Source: Lingula anatina (taxonomy: Eukaryota; Animalia; Brachiopoda). Taken from it: 64,000 nt of DNA. Position numbers and translations under genes: made by a program. Of this stretch, positions 50,494 to 63,268 are shown piece by piece. The stretch is from assembly GCA_051362555.1 (NCBI GenBank), contig CM120642.1, positions 186,001 to 250,000 on the forward strand, in the 5' to 3' direction. Position 1 is the stretch's first letter, and every line of letters begins with the position of its first letter. Below the pieces are notes generated by a model. The model was given only the letters and a program-made list of their open reading frames with translations. It made no database searches and had not been told where the DNA came from.

Positions 50494-51690
50494 ATGGCGT
50501 CGGGTAATGTAGAAAGTAATGTTGTGTTGAATGTGCAGACAGCATCTGAAACAGAATTGAAAAATTTGAAAGGAATTGGTCCAGTGAAAGCTCATAGATT
50601 GGTGTCTTTGAGAAATCAAAAAGGAAAATTGCTGTTGAGTGATTTGGAAGAAATTACTGGTATTAGTGTGGCAGAATGGCAGAAATGGGAAAAGAAGGGT
50701 AATGTGATTCTGGGTGTAATGGAAGAAAAAGATGAAGGTTCAAAAGTTGGAGATGAGAAAAAGGAAGAGAGTGTGAATTGGGAAGAAAAGTATAGAAAGT
50801 TGATGGAGCGAGTGAAAGTACAAAATGAAATGATATCAAATCTTCGAGATGAGGTGGAAGAAGCTGGAGAAAAGATGGAATTTTTATCAAGTGAATTGGA
50901 GATTTATGATGCTAAAGTGAAAAAGTTTGAAAATGAAAAGAATAAATGGGAAAAAGAGAAATATGCTTTGGAAAATGAGAAGTGTGATTTGAAAAATGAA
51001 AATGATTTGTTGAAAGAAAGAAATGTGAAAATTCAGAGTGAGTTGGGAAAAACTAAGCAAGAGTTGATGAAAAAAAGAAATGGAAATGGAAGAAGAGTGT
51101 AGAGAGTATTCCACAAAAGAAGTGATGTTACATGCTCAGGTTGAAGCACAGAATGAATTGTTGAAAAGACGTGTGGAAAGTTTGCAGAAATGTGAAATTG
51201 AAAAAATGGATTTGAAATTGCAATTGGATGAAATGACAGCCCGTCATAATCATTTGCAAACTCAGTATGAAAGAATGCATTTACAACATGATTTAGAAAA
51301 AAATTCCAAGGCCAACTCCTAGAAATATTGAAACTAGTAGACCCACACCTGCACCTAGAAGTAGTAAAAAGAAAAGTTTGGAAACCCCTGTGAAAATTCC
51401 AATACTGAAACTAGAAGAGAGTGAAAGTGATAGTGAAAGTGAATCTGAATTTGAACAGAAAAGAGTTCCTTTAGTTGAAAGAGAAAAAAGACCTGTTCAT
51501 AAAATGCCTAGTTTTAGTGGGAATGGAAGAGAAAATTGAGAAGCTTTTGTATTTAAGTTTGAAGACATGGCAGAAAGATATGGATGGAATGATAAAATAA
51601 AAAGTAGCAGATTGATTGAATGTTTGGAAGACAGAGCTTTTGAGCATGCGGTGGAGTTTGGAAACTGCAAATATAAACGTTTAAAAGAAG
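50494..51690 (+). pseudogene. Gag with N-terminal ComEA-like (HhH)2 domain, coiled coil and capsid region
   Basis: LNVQTASETELKNLKGIGPVKAHRLVSLRNQKG.LLLSDLEEITGIS; long E/K coiled coil; KMPSFSGNGREN*EAFVFKFEDMAERYGWNDKIKSSRLIECLEDRA; +1 shifts in A7 runs at 51070 and 51297; one TGA. Confidence 0.85.
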
Positions 51691-52069
51691 TGACTTGGGA
51701 GAAAGTGTTAGTGTATCTGGATGATATTACAGTGTTGGGAAAGAATTTTGAAGATCAGCTTAAGAATTTGAAAGAGGTTAGGAAAGCCTAAGAAATGTTT
51801 TCTTTTCCAAACAAAGTGTGAGTTCTTAGGAAAGTATATCAAAAGAGAAGGTGTGGGTTAGAAAATGGTTAACCGAGAGAGTCGGTTGTTTTTCTTTATT
51901 TGAATTTGCTTTATGTTTATGTAATATTTGTTCATAGTTAATGCGGCGATGATGTGTTACTATGGTAGTAATGTAATAATATGTTAATATATTATGTTAA
52001 TATTTGAAATTGCTAAATCCCCCGTTTCTAGGAGAGCACAATAGGTAATGAGATGATAATATTCAAAAA

Positions 52070-52409
52070 TAAATGATAAGGTTTATATAAACTACAGAAT
52101 AGGAGAAAATATCTAGCAGTGTCGCAAGGACAATTTAACTCCAGTGTGCAACAGGGGGAAGACCCACAGTGTGATCACACTATATAAAGAACGGTCAATT
52201 AACAATGTATGATTTCGGTTAGAGCGGAGGGGGGTCCTACTATAGCTCGCAATCTATTGTTAAACGTGATTGTTATCATTTCAAACAAGCTAAAACCGAG
52301 CCTGCACAATAACTGTGTGTCCGGCTGCTGCGGAGAAACGTCCTGTCCAACAGATTTTGCTATATTAAAATACACTATCGACCTGTTTTGGACCTGTTTT
52401 AGATCACTG

Positions 52410-52444
<35 letters not shown>

Positions 52445-52960
52445 CATACGTGCAACATCAGGCAATAACGGTCAAGTATAAAATTGACATCTTATTGTTT
52501 AGACGCACCTCAATATAACGTTATAAGTATTATGTTAAACGAGCTAAGCATTAAACCTCGACAAACTAATGTCCATTTTTAAACAACAACCAGAAAAAGG
52601 GCGCCATTTCACAGTTATGAGCTGACAAATTGCTTTAAAACTTATTCTGTTGTGGGAAATAATCATCCGTTTCGCAGAGCGCACAATGGAAAACGAGATG
52701 AAAATATTTTAAAATAAGTGAAAAGGTTACTATAAAAAACAGAATAGGAAAAAATATAGAGCAGTGGCACAAGGACAATTTAACTCCAGAGTGCAACAGA
52801 GGGAAGACTGACAGTATGATCACACTATATAAAATTACGGACAATTAACGATGAATGACAGCGGTTAAAAGAGGAGGGGGATCTTACTATAGCTGGCAAT
52901 CTACTGTTAACACAATGGCTATCATTTCTTAAACAAACATAAACCAGGCCTAAACAATAA
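52070..52960. repeat. Two direct copies of a ~250-bp dispersed repeat; inverted copy at ~9100-9312
   Basis: CAAGGACAATTTAACTCCAG.GTGCAACAG.GGGAAGAC...GATCACACTATATAAA at ~52125 and ~52769. Confidence 0.8.
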
Positions 52961-53369
52961 GATTGTTAAATAAGATTATTGCTGTAAAATAATAATGTTA
53001 ATTCTACGGTGACGATGGAGAATGTGCCATTCGCAATGTTAATAAAATAAGACTGGTTCAAGCCAATTGTCCATATCAAGTGAATATTTTTAGTAATTGA
53101 GGCTACACTTCAGCTTGTTCTGTAAATCTTTTTTTAAAATAATGTTGCTTTCTTTGTTTGTTTTAATCTTTATTTTTACACAGGTCGCGAGAATGGAAAT
53201 TTATATACGTAGCATCTTTAATCTTCTAAATTTTTGGCCATTATCATTCATAATTGCAATAAGAATTTTGAGACAGGGTGAATTGTTTATCATGCTGATG
53301 CACACTGCTGGTGCTTATGCATGTTAATCAAATTCAATTTTTGACTACGGAACACTTCATATTGAATAA

Positions 53370-54030
53370 AATAACTGATACCGAATTAAACTAGCAGTTT
53401 GCTAGCAACACTAAAAACATGATCAGGGCTCCGTATCTCGAAAGGTTCGCTATGTTGCGCACGTGCGTTAGTATCTCGATTCCATAACCGATTCTATTTC
53501 GAGATACGGGGCCACGGAATAGAGACATTTGCTCACGTGCGCAAGTGTCTCGATTCCATGGCCCCGTATCTCGAAATAGAATCGGTTATGGAATCGAGAC
53601 ACTAACGCACGTGCGCAACATAGCGAATCTTTCGAGATACGGAGCCCAGCTGCGCGTGCCAAGCTAGTGAACAAAAGGACAGTTCGCTACGGGAGACGGT
53701 TTACCAGCACGCGGTAGCATGGTTTCTAGCCTCTTAAAGCTATAATCCTACCGCCGCAACAAACAATAGGGACTTTCTGGCTGATGTATCCTGCTGTTAA
53801 TTACACCTTGGTACAGTTGATTGTCGCGCTCGCGCTGGACCACAGAAACCGGCGTCATGGGGTTCACTCGTCTTAAGTATTGTGTTATTCCACCTAAGCT
53901 ATCGTGTTTGTGCGTTTTAATTTTGAAGGGATAAATACGGCTCTTCTTCTATTCACAGGACAGGGATTAAAACACTTCAAACGTTGATAAACCGGTGTAC
54001 AACGGAAACATAATTGTTACTACCACTGTA
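53370..54030. repeat. Dispersed repeat homologous to ~9595-10028, here carrying a MITE
   Basis: Shared CAGCTGCGCGTGCCAA, AAGCTATAATCCTA.CGCCGCAACAAACAATAGGGAC and CACAGAAACCGGCGTCATGGGGTTCACTCG. Confidence 0.88.
53427..53646. mobile_element. Fully palindromic Harbinger-type MITE
   Basis: 220-bp near-perfect palindrome; CAG duplication; empty site with a single CAG at 9645-9647. Confidence 0.9.
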
Positions 54031-54443
54031 TATTAGTCCTCCTGTCAGTTTGAGGACAATAGGCCTGTCGGTTTTCCTAGACATATGTTGTCTGCAATGC
54101 ATATTGTATGAAGTACAGTAAAAACAGTATTTAGTTGGAAAAATCATCTGATCAAGCTGACTTTCAAAGTTGACCTGTATTTTATTAATAGCCATTAGTT
54201 AGTTGCAATTTTGAAAAAACGGGTGGGCCAGATAGTTTTCCACATACTGTGGTTGGTGGTTAAGGTAGTTCCCAAAGAATTTAACTTAAATTATAAGCAA
54301 AGTAATTAGCATTGTAGACCTAAATTTAAAAAAATTCTTAACCATAACCATTATGTCTCTTCTCACCAATATGACACATATTTCAAAAGCAAACTCTTAT
54401 GCTGTTTAATGGGCACAATAATTTATATTTAACATGCACATAC

Positions 54444-54745
54444 CATGCATATTTTAAAGAATCCAGCGATATCGGATAAATCCAACCTCTCTCTCTGCAC
54501 GGTTAATTTCATGGGCCCTATAGCTTGTCGCAAGTAAGACTCTTTCAGTTTGGCCATATCTGCCTCCAGCTTTTCATTTGTGTAGCCTTCTGGTATTGGG
54601 CTCAGGCGTTGTTTCAAATCATCCAGGAGTCTCTTGAACACCTTCTCACAGTAATGACGAGACCTGTCACGATTCTCCTGGAGGTAACGTAGCAGTTCCC
54701 CACCGACGACGCTGCTATTTTCTTGGCCTTGACTATCTCTCTTGA
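54444..54745 (-). CDS. GBP: GBP-like gene C, helical-domain exon
   Basis: Polypyrimidine-TGCAG acceptor and G|GTATGT donor; GGELLRYLQENRDRSRHYCEKVFKRLL...LKESYLRQAIGPMK matches the GBP C-terminal domain pattern (N..S...C..L; Y.....G). Confidence 0.8.
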
Positions 54746-54841
54746 CTGCAGGGGAAATAAGAACTATTTGAAATCATAAACATAAACGGTACATTTCTGA
54801 AAGTCAACCAACAAACTGTTAGCTTTTTAGTGTGCCTCTAT

Positions 54842-55067
54842 GGGTGCTTTCCCAGAGATTTAGATCGATCTAAAGATTAAGATTTAGATCGACCTAACTC
54901 CCTGGGGGTTCACGCTAAATTGCAGTCAGCCGAGCGGGCACCATAGTTAATTACCCCCTTACAGCTTTTAGTAGGCGGGACAGACGCTTAAGCCGGCTAA
55001 GCTGACAGGAATCTAGTGAGATTCCCCACAGAGATAGATCGATCTAAAAATCTATGGAAATGGGGTG
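54842..55067. mobile_element. Degenerate MITE
   Basis: TTTCCCAGAGATTTAGATCGATCTA mirrored by TAGATCGATCTAAAAATCTATGGAAA. Confidence 0.45.
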
Positions 55068-56629
55068 TTAGTCTTCTTGCATTTTGCAAGTTTAAGTTTT
55101 CAAACTTCAAGAAACAACTTAATAAGCTAATATAGCAATATTATATACAAAAATATCAAAAAGGGTACCATTAGCCATTTAAGATGCAACAGATAAATCA
55201 ACTTATGTGCAATTTATCAAATGAGCTATTCTAAGGGTGAAGTTTCTGTTTAAAGTGCACGTTTTTTCTAACCACCAGGCAAATTGGCCAAAAAATGGCA
55301 AGGTCGGTTCTCACAGAATACTCTCATTTTGCTTATATAGTTAGTAATCTTTGTGACCTTAATAAAACTGTAAAATATTAAAGCTTTCTGTTGCGTTTTT
55401 GTCGAGATACAGCCACATGAACATTTCACTGCCTCGCAGTACTCCCGTCTACATTTTCAACTGTGTGAGTGGTGTATATTTCCCCGAAGTTTGCCTTACA
55501 AATGTGCATGAAGTGATCAATACATTACTTCGACCAATACCACAGTTAAAAGATGGATATATTATCTTTATAACGACAGGGATTTATATCATACTTCCGT
55601 TGCTATGGTTACAGCCTGCCGAGGTTATTAGAGGTCACCTGATGACTGACTAATGTCAGCCATGAAGTAGCAAGAAGATCCCCTACAAGAAAGTACAGCA
55701 ATTTATGGAGCTTCATTAAATAATGAAAACTGACACATTTTGATGAACTTTTTATTACAAGGAGCTTTTCAGACATTAATTTTTGCCCCAGAAACGTGGA
55801 ATTCTGCGCTTTTAAATTCAATTCAAAGGCGGTCCCCGGACCTCCGGCCGCTTAGGTGTTGGGTTCCATGATAAATGTTCGGAGTTTTTTTTTCTTTCTG
55901 AAACCTAGGCTCATGTCTGTTTTTTTTCTGTTTCACTGAATTGAAGATATCCGTGAATGCCACTTTTAAATGGAATAAGATCTTACTGAGATATTGAATA
56001 TCATATTTATATTCCTTGAAGCAAAAGATCAGCTTGACTTAAATATTTGAACTCTGTAGCAATATTTGGTCCATGTCCTGAATAGTGCTAAATAATCCAT
56101 GGATTACATCATTACCATACATAAGTTCTTCGCACTTTATTTTCTCATTCTTCTCATGAAGGGGAATCAGTTAGTTGGATAATGTGGATTTGCATTGTTT
56201 TGATGTTTTTGTGGAATGAAAATCAAGTGTGCTTTTTTCAAAACATTCACTTTAATCTTGGGTCAAAACTTATTGACAGGAGTTACAATGCCTTCCACCC
56301 ATTTATTAAGTTATTGGTTATAGGTATTTTCCAGATTTGCATTGATTGCTATACTTCCAAATAATTCGCTTATTTGTACTTAAAGATCAAATAAAGAGAT
56401 TATGCATTATACATGTAAAACCTATTGTTGATTGATTAAAAGCCGTGTGTGTGTGATTGGTGCCCATTTGTGTCCAATAATTGTTGAAGTAGTAGAACTA
56501 AAGAAATGTTAAAGAAATACAGTTTTCTTTATATTATTAAATATATAATAAATATGGGGTGTTAGTTGTTTTATTTTCTAAACATATTTTTAATCAATTT
56601 TGTAAGCTATAGTATTACCGGTGTGGCAG

Positions 56630-58238
56630 GAGTGCACGTCCTAGTCCTGGGAATGGAAGTCCTAGGGCATACGTCACTAGGTTTCAATGTCCGTAGGACA
56701 AAGGCTCCCAAGTAATGCAAGTCCTACGTGTAGTAATGCACATCCCAATGGGACGTGCGTTCCTGACATTTTAGTACCGCATGTCCTACATAGTTTACAC
56801 CAAGAAATGGCATAAATAAATAGATATAGAGACATACTAGTTTTAAAGATATAATACACGTTTGCTTATTCTATTTACATGACATTTTATCTTTATAGTT
56901 TACAATGTTTTTCTTTTCCGATAGGCAGTTTATACACTCTTGCCCAAAATGGTTGGTACACGGAAATTTTGGGATGCATATCGCCCTGTTTCTTTCATTA
57001 TTATTGATATAACCAAATTAATACTGTTTATATTGTTAAATATGTGAAGCTGGGGGATTGGTTAAGTCAAGGAGAAACAACCAATGCAAATGTGAAAAAA
57101 GCGTTAATTTATTTAGGTTTTTTTCCTCATGCCCCCAAAAAGAGTACTTTTTTTACATAACAGTACCAAGTGAAAAATTAAACATAAATTTATACTGTGA
57201 TTGACAATTAATATGAAATTAGGGGAAATTGTCAAGAAACATCTTCAGAGTTCATTATTAATCTCAATAGTGATTAATGAGAGGTTTGGAACTTCAACTC
57301 GTCTGTGCAGTGGTTAGCGTGCAAGACTACAAGGTAAGAATTCATGAATCCTTCTGTTGCATTTATGGGCTCGAGTCCTACCTTTGACACGACCTTACCC
57401 CCCATTACCCCTATTTATTACTTGTAGCAAAATGTTTAATGGTGTTTTTAATGTCTAATATGTGTTCGAAATTCCGTGCTCATTACATTTACAACTTTTT
57501 AAGTGTCAAAGCACCAAAATAGTAAAGGGTTGTTACAGAACACTATATACATATATTGCAATTTTCAATTTCTAAACTGTCTTGATTTGTCTTAAATCTC
57601 AGCCCATACTTTCCAAGAGCAAATTTCCATCCTGTTTGAGTTTTTTTTAATTTCAGCGAGTGTAAACCGAAAAATAAATCTAAGAAGGGAGATCCCGCGT
57701 TTTGTGTAAAGTGATTTTTCTTTTAGGAATAGGGTTTTGAAAAAGAGAGAGAGGGAGGGAAAATAAAAATTGCGACGCAAAACACAAAAGGTACACCCCA
57801 GTAGAAAAGGACATGAAATAATATACACTGTACATATACATCAAACGATGAAAATAAGGGATGCCTTTGGATGGTGCCTTATTTTGTTAAAAAAATATTG
57901 GGCAAACCAGGCTCATACATATTGTGCAATGAGGGAAGACTACGCCAAAAATATGCGTTAACACGTCAAAATTTGCGTTAAAACGTCAAAAAACTAGATG
58001 AGAAATACACATAAAATAAATAAATTGTTTTTGTTTCTTCATTAATATGCATATAAACTGCCTATCGGAAAACACTGTAAACTATAAAGATAAAATGTCA
58101 TATAAATAGGATAAAGCAAACGTTTATTATATCTTTAAAACTAGTGTGTCTCTATATCTATTTATTCATGCCATTTCTTGGTGTAAACTATATACTAAAA
58201 TGTCAGGAACGGACTTTCTTTACGAGGACGTGCTTCTC
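56630..58238. mobile_element. Foldback-type element with long inverted arms
   Basis: 56759-56933 is the reverse complement of 58052-58211; outer ends GAGTGCACGTCCT / AGGACGTGCTTCTC. Confidence 0.7.
57297..57392 (+). mobile_element. Degenerate tRNA-derived SINE-like head
   Basis: A-box-like TGTGCAGTGGTTAGCG and B-box-like GGCTCGAGTCC; no intact cloverleaf. Confidence 0.4.
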
Positions 58239-60499
58239 TATATATATAACCAACACCCCCAAATGAAATGTCAAATTTCACCTTGACCTTCAATTTCAAG
58301 GTCATTTCAAGGTGACATATTCACTTGGGATTCCCCATAGGGGAATACTATTGTTTTTCCTGTTCTTATTATTATTAGGATTCCCAATAGGGGAATACTT
58401 TTGTTTTTGGCATTCTTCTTCTTCTTATTATTATTATTATAATTTTTCGTCAAAAAATTTCTTTCTAAAATTCTGAAAAAATTAATAGTGATTGTCCATG
58501 AAAAGTTTTTCCGGTCCACCCAATTTTTTGACCTTGACCTAGTTTTCAAGGTCACAGACTGAATTTTTTGCAGATTTCAAAATGCAATAGCTTCTAGAAT
58601 TTTCAACATTTTGACAAATCCTTTCATAGGTAAGGTCACACAATGATTCTATATCGTATGACCTAATTTTAGGAAAGTCAAGGTCAAGGTCAAAATTATT
58701 GCACGATATGCTTCAGGAGGTTGACACTCGGCAGGGGGTAAACCAGATGTCACAGAGCCACAAGGCTGATGTAAAACGTTGTCCTAGACATCTATCCAGT
58801 GCAGTCGCTAATAATATTGACAATTGACTGATTAGTTTTTTTAATATAGATTTTTAAATATTAATAATTTGACAGTAATAGTGACTTCGTCAATTTCTCC
58901 ATGAAATCCTGACTTTTTGTGATAACATGCTATAGTAAACTACCCCAAACATATAACCAACACCCCTAAATCAAATGTCAAATTTGACCTTGACCCTCAT
59001 TTTCAAGGTCATTCGGCTATTTCATGGAGAAATATTGAAGTGGGCTAAAAGTGATGTTTTGTTGACCCCCACCCCCAATTCGCACATGCCCTTTCAGAAT
59101 ATGGGGTCAAATTTAACCCTTGACCTTCACATGACCTTGTAAGAGCATTTCCACACCTATTTTGCAGGGGAATCCTCCGCCACTGGCTTCAGCCAGTTGC
59201 AGTCTAGTTATTATTCTTCTTCTTATTATTATTTTTCGTCAAAAATTTCTTTCTAAAATTCTGAAAAAATTCATACTGATTGCCCATGAAAAGTTATTCC
59301 GGTCCACCCAATTATTCTTACCTTGACCTAGTTTTCAAGGTCACAGAGCCTTTTAAAGTGAATTGTTTGCAAATTTCAAAATGCAATATCTCCAAGAATT
59401 TCCACATTTTGACAAATCCTTTCATCGGTGAGGTCACACAATAATTCTATATCAAGTGACCTAATTTTAGGAAAGTAGGTCTGGTCAAAGTCAACCTATT
59501 GCAAAATATGCTCCAGGTGGTTGACACTCGGCAGGGGGTAAACCAGATGTCACAGAGCCACAACGGTGATGTAAAAAGTTGCCCTAGATATCTATCCAGT
59601 GCAGTCGCTAATAATATTGACAATTGACGGATAAGTTTTTTCAATATAGATTTTTAAATATTAATAATTTGACAGAAATAGTGACTTTGTCAATTTCTCC
59701 ATGAAATCCTGATTTTTTGTGATAACATGCTATAGTAAACTACCCCAAACATATACCCAACACCCATAAATCAAATGTCAAATTTGACCTTGACCCTCAT
59801 TTTCAAGGTCATTCGGCTATTTCATGGAGAAATATTGAAGTGTGCTTAAAGTGATGTTTTGTTGGGCCCCCACCCCCAATTCGCACATGCCCTTTCAGAA
59901 TATGGGGTCAAATTTAACCCATGACCTTCACATGACCTTGTAAGAGCATGTCCACACCTATTTTGCAGGGGAATCCTCCGCCACTGGCTTCAGCCAGTTG
60001 CAATTTAGTTATTATTATTTTTCGTCAAAAATTCTTTCTAAAATTCTGAAAAAAATCATACTGAGAGCCTATAAAAAGTTATTCCGGTCTACCCAATTTC
60101 ATTGACCTTGACCTAATTTTCAAGGTCACAGAGGCTTTTAAAGTGAAAATTTTGCAACTTTCAAAATGCAATATCTCCTAGAATTTTCAACATTTGGACA
60201 AATCCTTTCATAGGTGAGGTCACACAATAATTCTATGTCAAGTGACCAAATTTTAGGAAAGTAGGTCAGGTTAAGGTCAAAATTATTGCATGATATGCTT
60301 CAAATGGTTGACATTCGGCAGGGGGTAAACCAGATGTCACAGAGCCACAGGGATGATGTAGAAAGTTGCCCTGTATTTCTTTCCACTGCAGTCGCTTATA
60401 ATATTGACAATTGACCGATTAGTTTTTTAATATAATTTTTTTTTAATATTAATAATTTCACAGAAATAGTGACTTTGTCAATTTCTCCTTGAAATCCTG

Positions 60500-61658
60500 G
60501 GGCCAATTCCATAAAACCATTCTAAGCCCTAGTTGGTTGCTAAACTTCATTCTGTCTCTAGTTACCTACTAACTCTATTCCATAAAACCATTCTAAGCCT
60601 AGTATAGTTCTAAGTTTCATGCTAAAGTTAGAGTAGGTCTGGGTCTCTTCTAAATCACTAGTATCATTCTAATTCATTTCTACCCACACCTCCGAGGTGT
60701 AAGGATGGCCAGGAGAATTTTAGAAATAGTGGAACTCCGCAGAGCAATGCGGCGGGAACGAGTGTTTCGGGATAGAAGGAATCAGTTGGACATTTTTGAT
60801 GATGTGGAACTTGTAAAAAGATACCGATTTTTTCAGAGAAGGCATTTTGCTCATAACTGACATTGTCAAAAATGACATTACTCATCCAACCAGGAGAAAT
60901 CATGCCTTATTACCATGCCAGCAGGTAATGATAGCCCTGCAATACTATGCAACAGGCACATTCCAATATGTTGTTGGGGACCCTTTGCAAGTGTCCCAGC
61001 AAACCGCTTGGCGTGCAATTCATCATGTATCAAATGCTCTTGCAGCAAGGATTGGGGATTATGTGGAATTTCCAAATGCACAAAATATGGCCAACATCAC
61101 AGATGGGTTCTATAGGATGAGAAACATACACTTCCCAGGTGTGATAGGTTGTGTTGATGGTACTCACATTTGGATTAACACCCCTCACTGTTACGAAGCT
61201 GACTATGTGAACAGAAAAGGATATCATTCAATCAATGTGCAAGTTATCTGTGACCACAAAATAAATAATAAATAAATAACACAATAAAGAGATTTTCTTG
61301 TGTTGAATAATTGGGCTTTAGTTGTCTCTTCCCTGAAGTTGCCATTTTGACCCCTTTCTGTATAGGGCTTTTATAGAATACATAGTAATGTCTTGACCAG
61401 TACTTCCCTCAGCCTGCAATCAGCTCAACTTTCACTGTCACTGCCTTTTGTTTGGCGTAACTGACCCTGTGGTTTTGTGGTTTTCCTATGAATACACCAT
61501 TCTAGCCAAATCTTAGCAAGCAACTAGTAAGAATGATTCTTAGTTTGGTTTTATGGAATAGAAATTAGTTGATTGCTAACAAGTATACAACTAGGGATTT
61601 AGAATCATTCTAAGGCCTAGTATCATGCTAAGTTAGAATGCTTTTATGGAATTGGCCC
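60500..61658 (+). mobile_element. PIF/Harbinger deletion derivative with truncated HARBI1-like transposase (60705 to ~61260)
   Basis: TIR GGGCCAATTCCATAAAA; CTG duplication; empty site in the neighbouring unit (59709-59711); ALQYYATGTFQ, FPGVIGCVDGTHI, YVNRKGYHSINVQVICD. Confidence 0.95.
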
Positions 61659-62315
61659 CTGATTTTTTGTGATAACATGCTATAGTAAATTACCCCAAAC
61701 ATATACCCAACACCCCTAAATCAAATGTCAAATTTGACCTTGACCTTCAATTTCAAGGTCATTTGGACATTTTTCTTTCCACATGTCTTTTTTTCTCAAA
61801 AAATTTGAAATAATTATCATAGGTAACCTTGGCCTTATAACTGCCATATGTGCCCTATGCTAATGTTATGCCCTGTATGTTGACTTAAACAAAATGAGAA
61901 CTGCTAACCCATAGAGGCTTACCTATATGTCAAATGTTTCTGAACATAAATACCATACATATCATTATGATACATATAATTAATAATGGTTTTGTAGTGT
62001 TAATTAATCAGGGAACATTAGGGAGGGACAGGGTTGGGTTTGAGAAACTTTATGAAATTCACTAAAAACTCTTCTCTTCTGAGCATGTACTGCTAGGTTG
62101 AAATTTTCTAAGGAAGTGAGGGAGAGTGTTCTTTGTTTTTGGTGAAGCTGAACTCCTTATGATTCTGATTGGCTGATCATAATGAGACTAGGTTGTACTG
62201 TCCAATCAGGTTTTGCTATACTGGTATCTGACCAGTGTCACTTGGTAGTAATTAACTTAACAGCGTGAAATACAAAGCGGAGACATCCTGTCTGTAATTA
62301 GGGAAGAAACATCTG

Positions 62316-63268
62316 GGCCCGGTTTCATCAAGGCTGGATAGCGCTATCCTATGGCTAAAAATGGCCGCTATCCTCTGAATAGAGCTATCCAGAGGATAGT
62401 GCGTTTCATCAACAGTGGATAGCGTTATCCAGGGGATAAATCAGCTTATCCAGAGGATAAAGTTGTCCGCTCGAAATAGGTGGGATAAATCTGCTATCAT
62501 GCTGTTAAATCATCAAAAATGGCGAACCTGTTTGCTTTGGAAGTAAATCCTATGAGATTTCACAGGCGTAGAATGATTAGAAAGAGAACTTTAGAAGATG
62601 TATGTTTGCTTTTGATGATTTAAGTGATGCTGAATCAATAGATTACATAACAGACGTTATCAAAGTTGACATCGCGCCTGCTACGAACAAAACCCATGCA
62701 ATCTCCCTGAGAGACCAATTATCTTTATTTTACTAAAACATACCTTTTAAATCGACGAAAAATGTCTACACTGCTATTGACAGAATCTGCCAAATGTGCC
62801 AAGTCAGCCATTTTGTTAGAAAGTATGTCACGACCTTGCCCTTCAACTTCAAATCTGTGTAAACATTGCATGAGGCACAACTAATGCAATGTGATGTGTT
62901 ATTGACACTGACACTAAAATATCCTGTAGATATTTTCCCCATTATTTTAATGAATGTACCATCTTGAAATATACTTACAATATTGTTTATTATGGGTTAT
63001 TTATTTTCCAAATATGGTATAGACCACTTTTTGTTAGCAACTATCATGGCTTTTATAATGTTTATAGCAACCAACTGCATTATGGGAATGTCTTTTTCCA
63101 AATATGGTATTGGATAAATTTTTATCCATTGTATTACTATCATGCTCTTTATCCAGCCTTTATGAAACACAAATTTACACAGAGGATAACTATCCAGAGA
63201 ATAAGAGATTTATACCATGGATAGTGTTATCCACAGGATAGCCTATCCAGCCTTGATGAAACCGGGCC
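62316..63268 (+). mobile_element. Second PIF/Harbinger deletion derivative, different family
   Basis: 26-bp TIR GGCCCGGTTTCATCAAGGCTGGATAG; CTG duplication; subterminal TATCCAGAGGATA repeats; decayed transposase start from 62519 (MANLFALE..., DIAPATNKTHAIS). Confidence 0.88.

Larger units (their letters stand above)
48155..51900 (+). mobile_element. Internally deleted Gypsy-type LTR retrotransposon, antisense in an intron of gene C
   Basis: Putative 5' LTR TG(48155) to CA(50384), interrupted at ~48294-49590; PBS at 50393; gag from 50494; capsid segment joined directly to RT VLVYLDDITVLG...PKKCFLFQ..CEFLG; no 3' LTR seen. Confidence 0.75.

Noticed and set aside
50494-50700. Bacterial comEA gene or contamination
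   Set aside because: No signal or membrane segment; in frame with a coiled coil, preceded by a PBS, followed by gag and RT remnants inside an intron
54487-54487. Alternative donor AG|GTTGGA for the gene C helical exon
   Set aside because: Phase 2 does not fit the next exon; G|GTATGT at 54443 is stronger and in phase
55987-56180. Candidate upstream exon of gene C (GTAAGA donor, phase 1)
   Set aside because: In-frame stop close upstream and no GBP similarity; earlier exons of C were not found in the window
57297-57392. tRNA gene
   Set aside because: Only degenerate A/B boxes; acceptor and anticodon arms do not form
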